A stretch of 25,136 nt of DNA. It comes from a virus. Its lineage: Duplodnaviria; Caudoviricetes. How positions within the stretch are numbered: the stretch's first letter is position 1; every line of letters starts with the position of its first letter. A program made the position numbers and the translations under genes. The notes beneath the pieces are model-generated. The model did not search any database, was not told the origin of the DNA, and saw only the letters and a list, made by a program, of their open reading frames with translations. Below, piece by piece: positions 6,299 to 13,904 of this stretch. Location of the stretch: positions 1 to 25,136 of the IMG/VR virus record IMGVR_UViG_3300034284_002536; one strand, written 5' to 3'.

Positions 6299-7239
6299 CC
6301 CTGATCGACCGCATGCTGCTGCGGAAAGCCGAATGCGCCGCGATCATCGATGCGCTGCGCGGCGATGGCCGCGTCGAAAGCGCCCGCGTGGTGGAAGCCC
6401 GGATGCAAGCCTGGGCGGATGCTCTGGTCGAAGCGCGGGACGCGGGCGCGGGCGCGCCGCTGCTGCGCGACGCCATCGACCCGCGCGAGCTGCACCGCGC
6501 CCTTCATCCTGTTTCGGCGCCGGGGGCCACTTCCTCCCCGGTCGAGCGTGTGGCCCCGAGCGCGACGGCGCCGGATTCGGGGCACCCTTCCCTGCCGCCG
6601 CTGCTGCGGCCTTTCGACACGCCAGCCGACGCGGCCGATGCGCCGCTGGCGAAGGTGTGGACGGATGATCGGCTGGCGCTACTGCGGACGCTCTACGCGC
6701 AAGCGGATCTGACGCTGGACGACATCGCGGCGCGCATCAACGCCCTGCCCGGCGTGCCGGTGAACAGCCCCGGCGCCGTGAAGGCAAAGGCCTGGAAGCT
6801 CGGCCTGCCGCGCCCGTCCCTGCCCAAAGCGCCACAGCCCGCCAGCGCGCCGGCGGCAGCGCCCGCGCCGACGATCTGGACGCCGGAACGGGTGGATCTT
6901 CTGCGGACGCTGTATGCGGAAGGGCTGCATCGCACGGCGATCTTGCCGCGCATCAACGCCCTGCCGGGCCCGCCTTGCGCCTCGGTCGAGGCGATGGGGA
7001 TGAAGGCCACCAAGCTCGGCCTGACACGCGACAGGCCCTTGGCGGCGCCGGGCTCCGCTGCCCCGTCGGCGCTGGCCTCGAAACCCGCCGAGGACATCGA
7101 CGAAGCCCGGCAGATGATGCGCGCCGGCAACATCGGCGCGAAGGCGCTGTCCGAATACTTCGGCTGGCCGCTGCCCGAGGCCCAGGCCATCGCCGCGGAG
7201 ATCCGCGCCGAGGCCGCCGCGCAAGGCCAGGCCGCATGA
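6295..7239 (+). CDS. Protein with two tandem GcrA-N-terminal-like HTH domains
   Basis: Repeats VWTDDRLALLRTLYAQ...RINALPG...KAWKLGL (6655-6807) and IWTPERVDLLRTLYAE...RINALPG...KATKLGL (6874-7023); ATGA-coupled. Confidence 0.8.
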   Translation: MTLIDRMLLRKAECAAIIDALRGDGRVESARVVEARMQAWADALVEARDAGAGAPLLRDAIDPRELHRALHPVSAPGATSSPVERVAPSATAPDSGHPSLPPLLRPFDTPADAADAPLAKVWTDDRLALLRTLYAQADLTLDDIAARINALPGVPVNSPGAVKAKAWKLGLPRPSLPKAPQPASAPAAAPAPTIWTPERVDLLRTLYAEGLHRTAILPRINALPGPPCASVEAMGMKATKLGLTRDRPLAAPGSAAPSALASKPAEDIDEARQMMRAGNIGAKALSEYFGWPLPEAQAIAAEIRAEAAAQGQAA

Positions 7240-7484
7240 CCGCGCTGGCCCACCCGCCCCGCGCGACCATGGCCGCGCAGGCGACCTATGCCGATCCGCC
7301 GGCCGCCCTGGTCGCGCAGCACCAGGCGCGCGTCCTCGCCGCCCTGCCACGCCAGATCGCGACCCCGCACATCACCCTGCGCTGGATCCCCGGCGCCGCG
7401 ACGGCCGAAGAACGCCTGTCCGTCGCCGCCCTGCTGTTGGCCGGCACGGGCTTCGCCATCACGCCGGGCGGCGCCGATGTCTGA
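7236..7484 (+). CDS. Hypothetical protein (MTALAHPP...)
   Basis: ATGA overlap with the previous gene. Confidence 0.65.
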   Translation: MTALAHPPRATMAAQATYADPPAALVAQHQARVLAALPRQIATPHITLRWIPGAATAEERLSVAALLLAGTGFAITPGGADV

Positions 7485-7863
7485 CGACCTGGCCGCGCTG
7501 TCGGACGATGAACTGGAAATCGCCGCCGCGCCGCTGCGCGATGCCGTGCGGGTCATCCAGCAGCAGCTCGCGGACCAGGAAACGGGCGTCTACCCGCGCC
7601 GCCCCGGCTGGCGGGCGCGTGCGCTGTGGAGCGTGCGTCGCCTGCGCGACGATTTGCGCCCGATCAATGCCGAGATCCAGCGCCGCCGCGAAGCCGCCGA
7701 CGCCGCGCGCCGCGAAGCCCGCCGCGCCACCGCCGCGATCGAAGCCGCGCGCAGCGCCGACAAGACACGCCGCCTGGACGCCGTGCGCTTCCAGGCCGCC
7801 GCCCAGCGCCTTCTGCCGCCGGACACCTATGCCGCGATCCTCGCCGACATGGAGCCTGCCTGA
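7477..7863 (+). CDS. Hypothetical coiled-coil protein (MSDDLAALSDDEL...)
   Basis: 8-nt overlap with the upstream gene; charged helical sequence. Confidence 0.72.
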   Translation: MSDDLAALSDDELEIAAAPLRDAVRVIQQQLADQETGVYPRRPGWRARALWSVRRLRDDLRPINAEIQRRREAADAARREARRATAAIEAARSADKTRRLDAVRFQAAAQRLLPPDTYAAILADMEPA

Positions 7864-8066
7864 TGTGGGCCTTGCTGATCATCCTGGCCGGCGCGCCGAT
7901 GCCGCACCCGATCACCTGGCACACGACGCAGGACCGCTGCGAAGCGCAGGCGGGCGCCGAGCTGCTGCACGCCGCGACGAACCGGCGCCAGGTGCTGCAC
8001 GTCGAATGCCGCAGCTACGTCGTGCCGCCGACGCGCCCGCTGCGGCGGGCGGAGGTGCTGCGGTGA
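7863..8066 (+). CDS. Small hypothetical protein with hydrophobic N-terminus and two Cys
   Basis: MWALLIILAG...TTQDRCEAQA...VECRSY; GGAG SD; TGATG overlap. Confidence 0.65.
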   Translation: MWALLIILAGAPMPHPITWHTTQDRCEAQAGAELLHAATNRRQVLHVECRSYVVPPTRPLRRAEVLR

Positions 8067-8524
8067 CCGGCGGCATGGGCGACACATCGACCTGGATCGA
8101 GCCGCTGGACCTGTTCGGCCTGGGCCGCATGTGGTTCCGCGACCAGCCCGGCCGCGAATGCCTGCAGGACCAGGCGCGCTTCGACGCATACGACCGCAGC
8201 CAGGTGGTGATCGAGATCGGCGCCCCCGGCACCAAGGGAAGCCGCCTGGTGATCGAGGCCGCGCCGGACGCCGCCGGCCGCTGGTGGGCCGGCTACATGT
8301 GGCGGTGCTGGGAGATGCCGGACGGCACCGCCAGCGGCACCTCCACGCCGATCGACGCGCACCGCGGCGAGACCCGGGACGCCGCGATCCGCGCCGCCGC
8401 AACGGCCCTGCTGCAGCGCCTGCCGGATGTCGCCCCCACCAGCAAGGCCGCCCGCATCGTCGCCCATTGGCGCCGCGAGCTACCCCGCCTCGCCGGCCTG
8501 CCAGACGGAAGCGCCGCGACATGA
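8063..8524 (+). CDS. Hypothetical protein (Trp-rich)
   Basis: GTGA overlap, GGAGG SD; alternative ATG at 8075. Confidence 0.68.
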   Translation: MTGGMGDTSTWIEPLDLFGLGRMWFRDQPGRECLQDQARFDAYDRSQVVIEIGAPGTKGSRLVIEAAPDAAGRWWAGYMWRCWEMPDGTASGTSTPIDAHRGETRDAAIRAAATALLQRLPDVAPTSKAARIVAHWRRELPRLAGLPDGSAAT

Positions 8525-8610
8525 GCGCCGAAGGCATCGGCAATGCCCTGCTGTGGCTGTCCTGGGTCGGGATCGCTGCGTGTGTGTGGATTGCATGGAG
8601 GCACGGATGA
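8521..8610 (+). CDS. Putative 29-aa membrane peptide
   Basis: MSAEGIGNALLWLSWVGIAACVWIAWRHG exactly fills the gap with ATGA overlaps at both ends. Confidence 0.55.
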   Translation: MSAEGIGNALLWLSWVGIAACVWIAWRHG

Positions 8611-8789
8611 CCGACACAGACACCAGCGCCGAAGTCACCGCCCTGGTTGAGGCGGCGCGGCGGGAGGAGCGGGAGGCGGCGGCGCAATGGCACGACACGA
8701 AGGCTGATGAGTTCGGCAAAGGCGCGCCTGCTATCGCGGCTTGGCACCTGCAATGTGCAGCAGCAATCCGCGCGCGAGGTGACGCATGA
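8607..8789 (+). CDS. Hypothetical protein (60 aa)
   Basis: GGAGG SD; ARREEREAAAQW...CAAAIRAR motif seen in small phage early proteins. Confidence 0.7.
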   Translation: MTDTDTSAEVTALVEAARREEREAAAQWHDTKADEFGKGAPAIAAWHLQCAAAIRARGDA

Positions 8790-9028
8790 GCGCGCGGGAG
8801 GTGATCGCGCGGGCGCTATCGTGGGGCAGGGCGTGCGACGCTGACGCCATCCTCGCCGCGCTCGACGCGGCCGGGCTGGCGGTGGTGCCGGTGGAGCCGA
8901 CCGAGGCGGTGAAAGAAGCGGGCGTCAACGCAATGGCCTCGCTGGAATACATCGCGGCGAATGAGCACGAAGCGCAACACATCTACCGCGCCATGCTCGC
9001 CGCCGCAGCGAAGGAGGGCGAGCGATGA
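8786..9028 (+). CDS. Hypothetical protein (80 aa)
   Basis: VVPVEPTEAV...IYRAMLAAA motif common in phage hyperplastic regions; ATGA-coupled. Confidence 0.75.
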   Translation: MSAREVIARALSWGRACDADAILAALDAAGLAVVPVEPTEAVKEAGVNAMASLEYIAANEHEAQHIYRAMLAAAAKEGER

Positions 9029-9300
9029 GCGACACGATCCGCGCCGCGCTGGATGCGGCAGAGTGGCGGGACACAGACCACCTGACGTGTCGCGACCCAG
9101 ACCTCGACTTGGACGCGCTAGAGCGCGCACACGCCCGCGTGCTCACGATGTATCGAGCGTGCCTCGCGGGAGGGGCGGCATCGGTGGCGGATGAATGGCA
9201 AGCCCTGCTGGTGGCTAGCGGCTACGGATGGCCGAGCCGGCCAAAAGCGATCCTCGCCGCCGCCGTCGAGGCCGCAGCGAAGGAGGCGGGGGATGGTTGA
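9025..9300 (+). CDS. Hypothetical protein (91 aa)
   Basis: AAGGAGG SD; ATGA overlap. Confidence 0.72.
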   Translation: MSDTIRAALDAAEWRDTDHLTCRDPDLDLDALERAHARVLTMYRACLAGGAASVADEWQALLVASGYGWPSRPKAILAAAVEAAAKEAGDG

Positions 9301-9517
9301 AACGGTCGAATACACGCTGCGGCCCAACACTTTCTTCGGCGGCTGGGCGCACACGCCGTTCCAAGAATGGTGGGACGACGGCAAGCGGGGGGCCGACTGG
9401 CTCGGCTACTACCGCGACCGCTTGCACGAATTCGCCGCCGCGCATCCCGCCGCCGCCAGCATCACGCTGCGCTATCACGACGGGACCGCGTTCATGGGGT
9501 TTGTCAGACATGCCTGA
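9293..9517 (+). CDS. Hypothetical protein (MVETVEYTLRP..., 74 aa)
   Basis: AAGGAGG SD before ATG 9293; aromatic-rich protein-like sequence. Confidence 0.68.
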   Translation: MVETVEYTLRPNTFFGGWAHTPFQEWWDDGKRGADWLGYYRDRLHEFAAAHPAAASITLRYHDGTAFMGFVRHA

Positions 9518-9827
9518 CGGCGCCGGGCCGCGCTACGCCTTCGCGCCGGCCGTCCTGTCGATTGGCGCGGCCTGCCACTACCTCGGCCAGATGTCCCCGA
9601 CGACGTTCCGGGCCGAGGTCGCCATCCAGATTGCCCCCGTGCGGCTATCGCGCGGGCGGATTGGCTGGCTGCGCGAGGATCTAGACCGATGGCTGGACAG
9701 CCGCCGCGCACCCATGGACAATATTGCGGCCCCGGAGCCAGCACATGCCGCCCGAGACCCCTTCGCCGCCGCCCTCGCTGCCCTCCCGCCCGCAAGGCGT
9801 TCGCGCCGTCAAGCACCGCCGGCCTGA
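9510..9827 (+). CDS. xis: Excisionase / AlpA-like HTH protein
   Basis: LSIGAACHYLGQMSPTTF...PVRLSRGRIGWLREDLDRWLD winged-HTH motif directly upstream of, and overlapping, the integrase. Confidence 0.8.
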   Translation: MPDGAGPRYAFAPAVLSIGAACHYLGQMSPTTFRAEVAIQIAPVRLSRGRIGWLREDLDRWLDSRRAPMDNIAAPEPAHAARDPFAAALAALPPARRSRRQAPPA

Positions 9828-10866
9828 CGGCTCGACGGTCACATATTGGTATTGCCGCCTCACCGGCGCGCGACTGCCAGACCCAGCCGACCCGGCCTTT
9901 TCGGGCGCCATAGCCGCAGCCCGCAAACAGCCGGCGGCCCGCTATGCGCCGGGATCGCTGGGCGAGCTGCTGGCGGATTGGCGCGCGTCGCCGGAATATC
10001 GGGCTACCAGCGCCACCACCCAGCGGAACCGGGAACGCTATGTCGCGGCGCTCGACGCCGCCGAATGGTCCTGCCGATCGGTGGTCGGGCATAACCTCGA
10101 GGATTTGCGGCAACTTCGCGCCGACCTGTTGAAGCTGCGCGACTTGATCGCCACCCATCGCGGCGCGGGCGCGGCCAGCGTGTTCGGCCAGACGGTCGCG
10201 ACGCTGTTTTCCTGGGCGGTCGGGCGCGGCCGTATGGCGCTGTCGCCGCTGGCCCGGCTGCCAGCCATGCGGCTTGGCCACATCCCGACCTATACTGAGG
10301 CGCAGGCGCAGCACGCCATGACGGCATGGCCCGAGCCTGAGAGGCGCGCCGCCGTCCTCGCATACTGGATCGGCCAGCGGCGCGGCGACCTGGCGGCGCT
10401 GCGGTGGGATCAGTACGACATCCGCGCCGGGGTCATCCGGCTACAGCCGCAGAAAACCCGGCGCCGCCGGGAAGCTAAGGGGCTTGGCCCGCTGGTCATC
10501 CCGGTGCCGCCTGTCCTGCGCTTGGAAATGGCGCGCTGGCGGCGCGAGGCGCCCGATGCGACGCACATCCTCACCAGCAGCACCGGCCGCCCGTGGTCGC
10601 AGGGCGGGCTGATCGGGACGATCCACCGCCGGCTGCGGGCCGAGGGCTGGGACACCAAGGCGGGGTTGCACGGCCTGCGGAAACGGTCGGCGGAGGTGCT
10701 GGCCGAGCATGGCGCCAGCGCGTCGGAGATCGCAGCGGCGCGGGGCTGGGACACGCTCGGGATGGTCGAGCTTTACACGCGCGGCGCGGACCAGGAAAAG
10801 ATGGCCCGAGCCGCCGTAAAGCGGCTGTCAAAACCGCTGTCAAAAGTTGGCAAAAGGGGCGCTTAA
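9745..10866 (+). CDS. int: Tyrosine recombinase / phage integrase
   Basis: Catalytic set GQRRGD (R), QKT (K), LHGLRK (HxxR), GW, and ELYT (Y); GGAG SD before ATG 9745; arm-binding-type N-terminus. Confidence 0.95.
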   Translation: MPPETPSPPPSLPSRPQGVRAVKHRRPDGSTVTYWYCRLTGARLPDPADPAFSGAIAAARKQPAARYAPGSLGELLADWRASPEYRATSATTQRNRERYVAALDAAEWSCRSVVGHNLEDLRQLRADLLKLRDLIATHRGAGAASVFGQTVATLFSWAVGRGRMALSPLARLPAMRLGHIPTYTEAQAQHAMTAWPEPERRAAVLAYWIGQRRGDLAALRWDQYDIRAGVIRLQPQKTRRRREAKGLGPLVIPVPPVLRLEMARWRREAPDATHILTSSTGRPWSQGGLIGTIHRRLRAEGWDTKAGLHGLRKRSAEVLAEHGASASEIAAARGWDTLGMVELYTRGADQEKMARAAVKRLSKPLSKVGKRGA

Positions 10867-10983
10867 GTTATTGGAATTACAAGGCTAGATGGTTCCAAGC
10901 TTAAACGGTGAAGTGCCTGTTTTCGCTTGGAAATTTTGTCAAATTCGGGCGACTTCTGTCTATGCCGTTCGCGGATTTGACAG
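10824..10983. other. attP-like region (arm-type repeats, IHF-like site, central imperfect inverted repeat)
   Basis: GCTGTCAAAA at 10824-10833 and 10836-10845, GTTGGCAAAA at 10846-10855, TTGTCAAA at 10936-10943, inverted TTTGACAG at 10976-10983. IHF-like TAAGTTATTGGAA at 10864-10876. IR TTCCAAGC...GCTTGGAA at 10893-10932. AT-rich island next to the int 3' end. Confidence 0.75.
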
Positions 10984-11019
10984 GCCAAGTTGCCCGAGTG
11001 TTCACGGCACGCCAGACAC

Positions 11020-11050
11020 AAAAAAACCCCGCCGGATCGCTCCGACGGGG
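11020..11050 (-). terminator. Rho-independent terminator of the late/lysis operon
   Basis: Minus strand CCCCGTCGGA-GCGA-TCCGGCGGGG-TTTTTTT just after the lysozyme stop. Confidence 0.92.
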
Positions 11051-11077
11051 CCGCAACTATCACGCGGGGTTGAAGGT

Positions 11078-11638
11078 TCAGGCGCCGCTGCGGAACAGCT
11101 TGGCCTCGGCCGCGCGGCGCCGCGCGAGGCCGGGCAGCACCTGGCCGCCTGCCTTCACCCAGCGTGTGAACTCCGAGGCGGCGCTGTCCATGCGGCCCGC
11201 GTTGATGTGCACGAGCATCGTGGACCGCGCGAAGGCGCCGCGCCCGACATTGTAGATGAAGCTGATCAGGGCCGCGCGCTGGCCTTCCGTCAACGGAACC
11301 ATGACCAGCGCATCCAGCGCGCGCGCGGCGGCCTCCAGGTCCTGCCGCAACAGGCGGCGCGCGGCATCCTCGGTGATCGGGCCATCGCCCTTCACCACCG
11401 GCTGGCCATTGCCCCAGCGCGTCGCCCCGTAGCCGATGGTCCACACCTTGGCCGGGCAGAGATAGGCGTCCGTTCGGAAGCCCTCGAATTCGGCCACAAT
11501 ATCCACGGCCGCAGGCGGCACGGCGGGGGGCGGTGAAGCCCCCTCGCCTACCACAACCTGCGGCGCCTGCGTCGCGGCCGGCGCTGGCGGCGCCTCAGAC
11601 CGGCCGAGGCCCAGCCGGGCCAAGATGCGCGCCAGCAT
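11078..11638 (-). CDS. Endolysin, GH24 phage lysozyme
   Basis: EGFRTDAYLCPAKVWTIGYG catalytic motif, ALISFIYNVG, GLARRRAAEAKLF; N-terminal extension of about 40 aa. Confidence 0.95.
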   Translation of the reverse strand: MLARILARLGLGRSEAPPAPAATQAPQVVVGEGASPPPAVPPAAVDIVAEFEGFRTDAYLCPAKVWTIGYGATRWGNGQPVVKGDGPITEDAARRLLRQDLEAAARALDALVMVPLTEGQRAALISFIYNVGRGAFARSTMLVHINAGRMDSAASEFTRWVKAGGQVLPGLARRRAAEAKLFRSGA

Positions 11639-11640
11639 GG

Positions 11641-11802
11641 TCAGCGGCGCCGGCTGTACAGATACCAGCCAGCGGTGGCGCTGGAAGTGGCGGCGCCCGC
11701 CACCAGATCCCAGCCGGTCGGGTCGACCACACCGCGCGCGATCAGCACGCCGCCCGCCAGCTGCAGGACATGGCGAAGCAGGCCGAAAAGGAGTTCGGAC
11801 AT
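11641..11802 (-). CDS. Putative small holin (53 aa, two hydrophobic segments; Pam3-gp28-like)
   Basis: AGGAG SD; MSELLFGLLRHVLQLAGGVLIARG...AGWYLYSRRR; adjacent to the lysozyme. Confidence 0.75.
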   Translation of the reverse strand: MSELLFGLLRHVLQLAGGVLIARGVVDPTGWDLVAGAATSSATAGWYLYSRRR

Positions 11803-11827
11803 GGTGTTGCTCCTGTGGGATGCGCGG

Positions 11828-11856
11828 TTGCCCCCGCGCGGGGATTTCGTTACGGT
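11828..11856 (+). promoter_or_regulatory. Candidate sigma70 promoter antisense to the late operon
   Basis: TTGCCC-N17-TACGGT within a 182-nt intergenic gap. Confidence 0.4.
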
Positions 11857-11984
11857 GGTGGCGCTTGCGACACGGCTACGGTTGGGGGCTCCCGGCCGTC
11901 GCGATGCCGGTGCGCGCGTCCCCAAGCCGTGAGGGGCTGCCCTACATCGGCAGCGGCTCCACCGGCGGCGGGTATGGGCCGCGA

Positions 11985-12218
11985 TCAGTCGGCGACGGGC
12001 GGCGGGTCGAAGTCGAAAGCCTGCATCCGCACCAGGCCCTGCGCCAGCGCGACAGATCCGGGGATGGCGACGAAATCGCGCTCAGCCGGGGTTTCGTACA
12101 GGATGCAGATCGCCAGCGCGCCGTCCGCCAGCGCCTTTTCCAGCGCGGCGCGGGCGGCTTCGGCGAAGCCCTGTTCGGGCTGGCCTTCAGCGGGGCTGGC
12201 AACGCGAAGCCGGGCCAT
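11985..12218 (-). CDS. Hypothetical protein (77 aa, MARLRVASP...)
   Basis: GGAGG SD; TGATG coupling to the phosphoesterase stop. Confidence 0.7.
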   Translation of the reverse strand: MARLRVASPAEGQPEQGFAEAARAALEKALADGALAICILYETPAERDFVAIPGSVALAQGLVRMQAFDFDPPPVAD

Positions 12219-13555
12219 CACGCCACCTCCCGCACGAAGGCGATGGGCTCGCGCGCCGTGCGTTCTTCCAGCCGGATGTCGAAGGGCAGATTCGGCCCGA
12301 ACCGCGGATGGCTGAACCACAGCCATTGCGTCGGCGGGCTGTAGGCGAAGCGGCATTTCCGGGCGTACTCGTCGTACCCCTTCAGCGTGCCGTTCACGAT
12401 GATGCCGGAGGCGGGCAGCCACAGCTGCTGATGGAAGTGGTGCAGCACCACCACATCGAAGTCCCGGCCGATGCTGCGTTCCGCCCGCTGGGTCTTGATG
12501 GTGCCGCGCATGATCGGGCCCAGCGCGCCGATGATGCCATCGCCACCCTTCACCCCCAGCTCGTGCCCGTGCATCACTAGGTAGCGCGTAACCGCCACCT
12601 GGACGATGCAGTCGCCGGCGACCGGGATCGAAAACCGCACCTTGGCGTCGCCATCGAAGCGATCGGCCAGGGCTTCGTAGATGCCGTGATCGAAGCACGC
12701 GATGGCGGACCCCTTGGCCATCGGCTTCTGGGTCAGGCGGCCGTGATTGCCGGGGACGGCCACCACCCACACCTGGCCGAAGGCATCGCGCAGCCGCTGC
12801 AGGATCCGGTGCAGGCGGCTGACACACCAATTCGCGGCCTGGGTCGGGGCGCACCAATCGGTCCGGAACAGTTCCTGATGCAGCCAGCCGGAGACGAAAT
12901 CGCCGCCGAGGATGACCACGATGCCCGGGTAGCGCGGGGCCTTCACATGGTGGAAGCACAGATGCAGCACGCGATCCAGCAGCCGGCGGACGCGCGCTTC
13001 GGCGATGTCGGCATCGAAGGCGTTGGCGCCGTGCAGTTCCGCCGCGCTGACGGTCTCCCCAATATGCCAGTCGGACAGATCCAGCATCGGCACGCCGGGG
13101 CTATCGTCGCCGGCCGGCATCTTGATGGCCCAGTCGGGGGGCGGCAGGCCCTTGTCGTGCAGCTCCCGCGACAGGGCCCGGAACCGATCCGATTCGACGC
13201 GCGCCTGGTCGGCATCGCGCAGCGCGGCGTTCAACTGCGCCACCTGGCCGCGCAGCTGCAGGATCTCCCGCCGCTCCTCGGCCGAAGGCGGCTGCGGCGC
13301 GGCGGGCAAGGGCGGTGGCGCGGGCAGATTCGCATCGTCACCGGCGTCGCGCCGGCGCGCATGCACCATCTTCACGGCCATCGGATCCCGACGGACATCT
13401 TCGACGCCCAGATCCGCCAGGGCGCGCTGATAGCGGTGCTGCAGGGTGGTGGAGGCCACGCCCAGGGCACGCGCCGCCGCGTGGACGGACCCGTGCTTCT
13501 TCACCGCGGCCACGGCGCGCCGCATGTCGGCGCGGGTCATGGGCTTCTGGGTCAT
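12218..13555 (-). CDS. Calcineurin-like metallophosphoesterase with N-terminal HTH and coiled coil
   Basis: Motifs SDWH, GGD, GNH, MHGH, HHFH; N-terminal HGSVHAAARALGVASTTLQHR HTH; ATG 13555 in ATGA overlap with the holin stop. Confidence 0.88.
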   Translation of the reverse strand: MTQKPMTRADMRRAVAAVKKHGSVHAAARALGVASTTLQHRYQRALADLGVEDVRRDPMAVKMVHARRRDAGDDANLPAPPPLPAAPQPPSAEERREILQLRGQVAQLNAALRDADQARVESDRFRALSRELHDKGLPPPDWAIKMPAGDDSPGVPMLDLSDWHIGETVSAAELHGANAFDADIAEARVRRLLDRVLHLCFHHVKAPRYPGIVVILGGDFVSGWLHQELFRTDWCAPTQAANWCVSRLHRILQRLRDAFGQVWVVAVPGNHGRLTQKPMAKGSAIACFDHGIYEALADRFDGDAKVRFSIPVAGDCIVQVAVTRYLVMHGHELGVKGGDGIIGALGPIMRGTIKTQRAERSIGRDFDVVVLHHFHQQLWLPASGIIVNGTLKGYDEYARKCRFAYSPPTQWLWFSHPRFGPNLPFDIRLEERTAREPIAFVREVA

Positions 13556-13839
13556 CCGACGCGCCCCTTGGTGCGGCGCTCGATCTCGCCGATCGCGAGG
13601 TCGATGACGCGCGGTCCCACATAGGCGATGGAGATCGTGACGGCGTATTCGGGGAAGCCGTCGAGCCCGGCGTAATCCGCCAGGCCCTTCCCGACGATCC
13701 CCATGCCGATCGCCACCGGCAGTTCCCACAGCAGGGACCAGCCCAGCGGCCGGCGATCAGCGCGCGCCAGGTGCAAGGCACGCCCCAGCAAGCCAAGCGC
13801 GCCGGCGCCGGCCGCGGATGCAGCATCGAAGTCGCTCAT
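13552..13839 (-). CDS. Phage holin family protein (LydA-like)
   Basis: GLLGRALHLA...SLLWELPVAIGMGIVGKGLADY...SIAYVGPRVID; hydrophobic segments and charged C-terminus. Confidence 0.8.
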   Translation of the reverse strand: MSDFDAASAAGAGALGLLGRALHLARADRRPLGWSLLWELPVAIGMGIVGKGLADYAGLDGFPEYAVTISIAYVGPRVIDLAIGEIERRTKGRVG

Positions 13840-13904
13840 GTCGGCCTGCTCGGCGGGCTGCTGTGCCCCATCTAGCGGCGCCCGCGCGACCGCTGGGGCG
13901 GTGC

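Noticed and set aside
10893-10904. TTCCAAGCTTAA resembles the anticodon arm of tRNA-Gly(TCC), suggesting a tRNA attB
   Set aside because: No T-arm (GGTTCGA) or acceptor stem follows and no 5' half precedes; the match is better explained as one arm of the local inverted repeat.
10893-10932. Possible protelomerase (telRL) or dif-like site
   Set aside because: The palindrome is imperfect with a non-symmetric centre, and the adjacent enzyme is an ordinary integrase with xis and arm sites.
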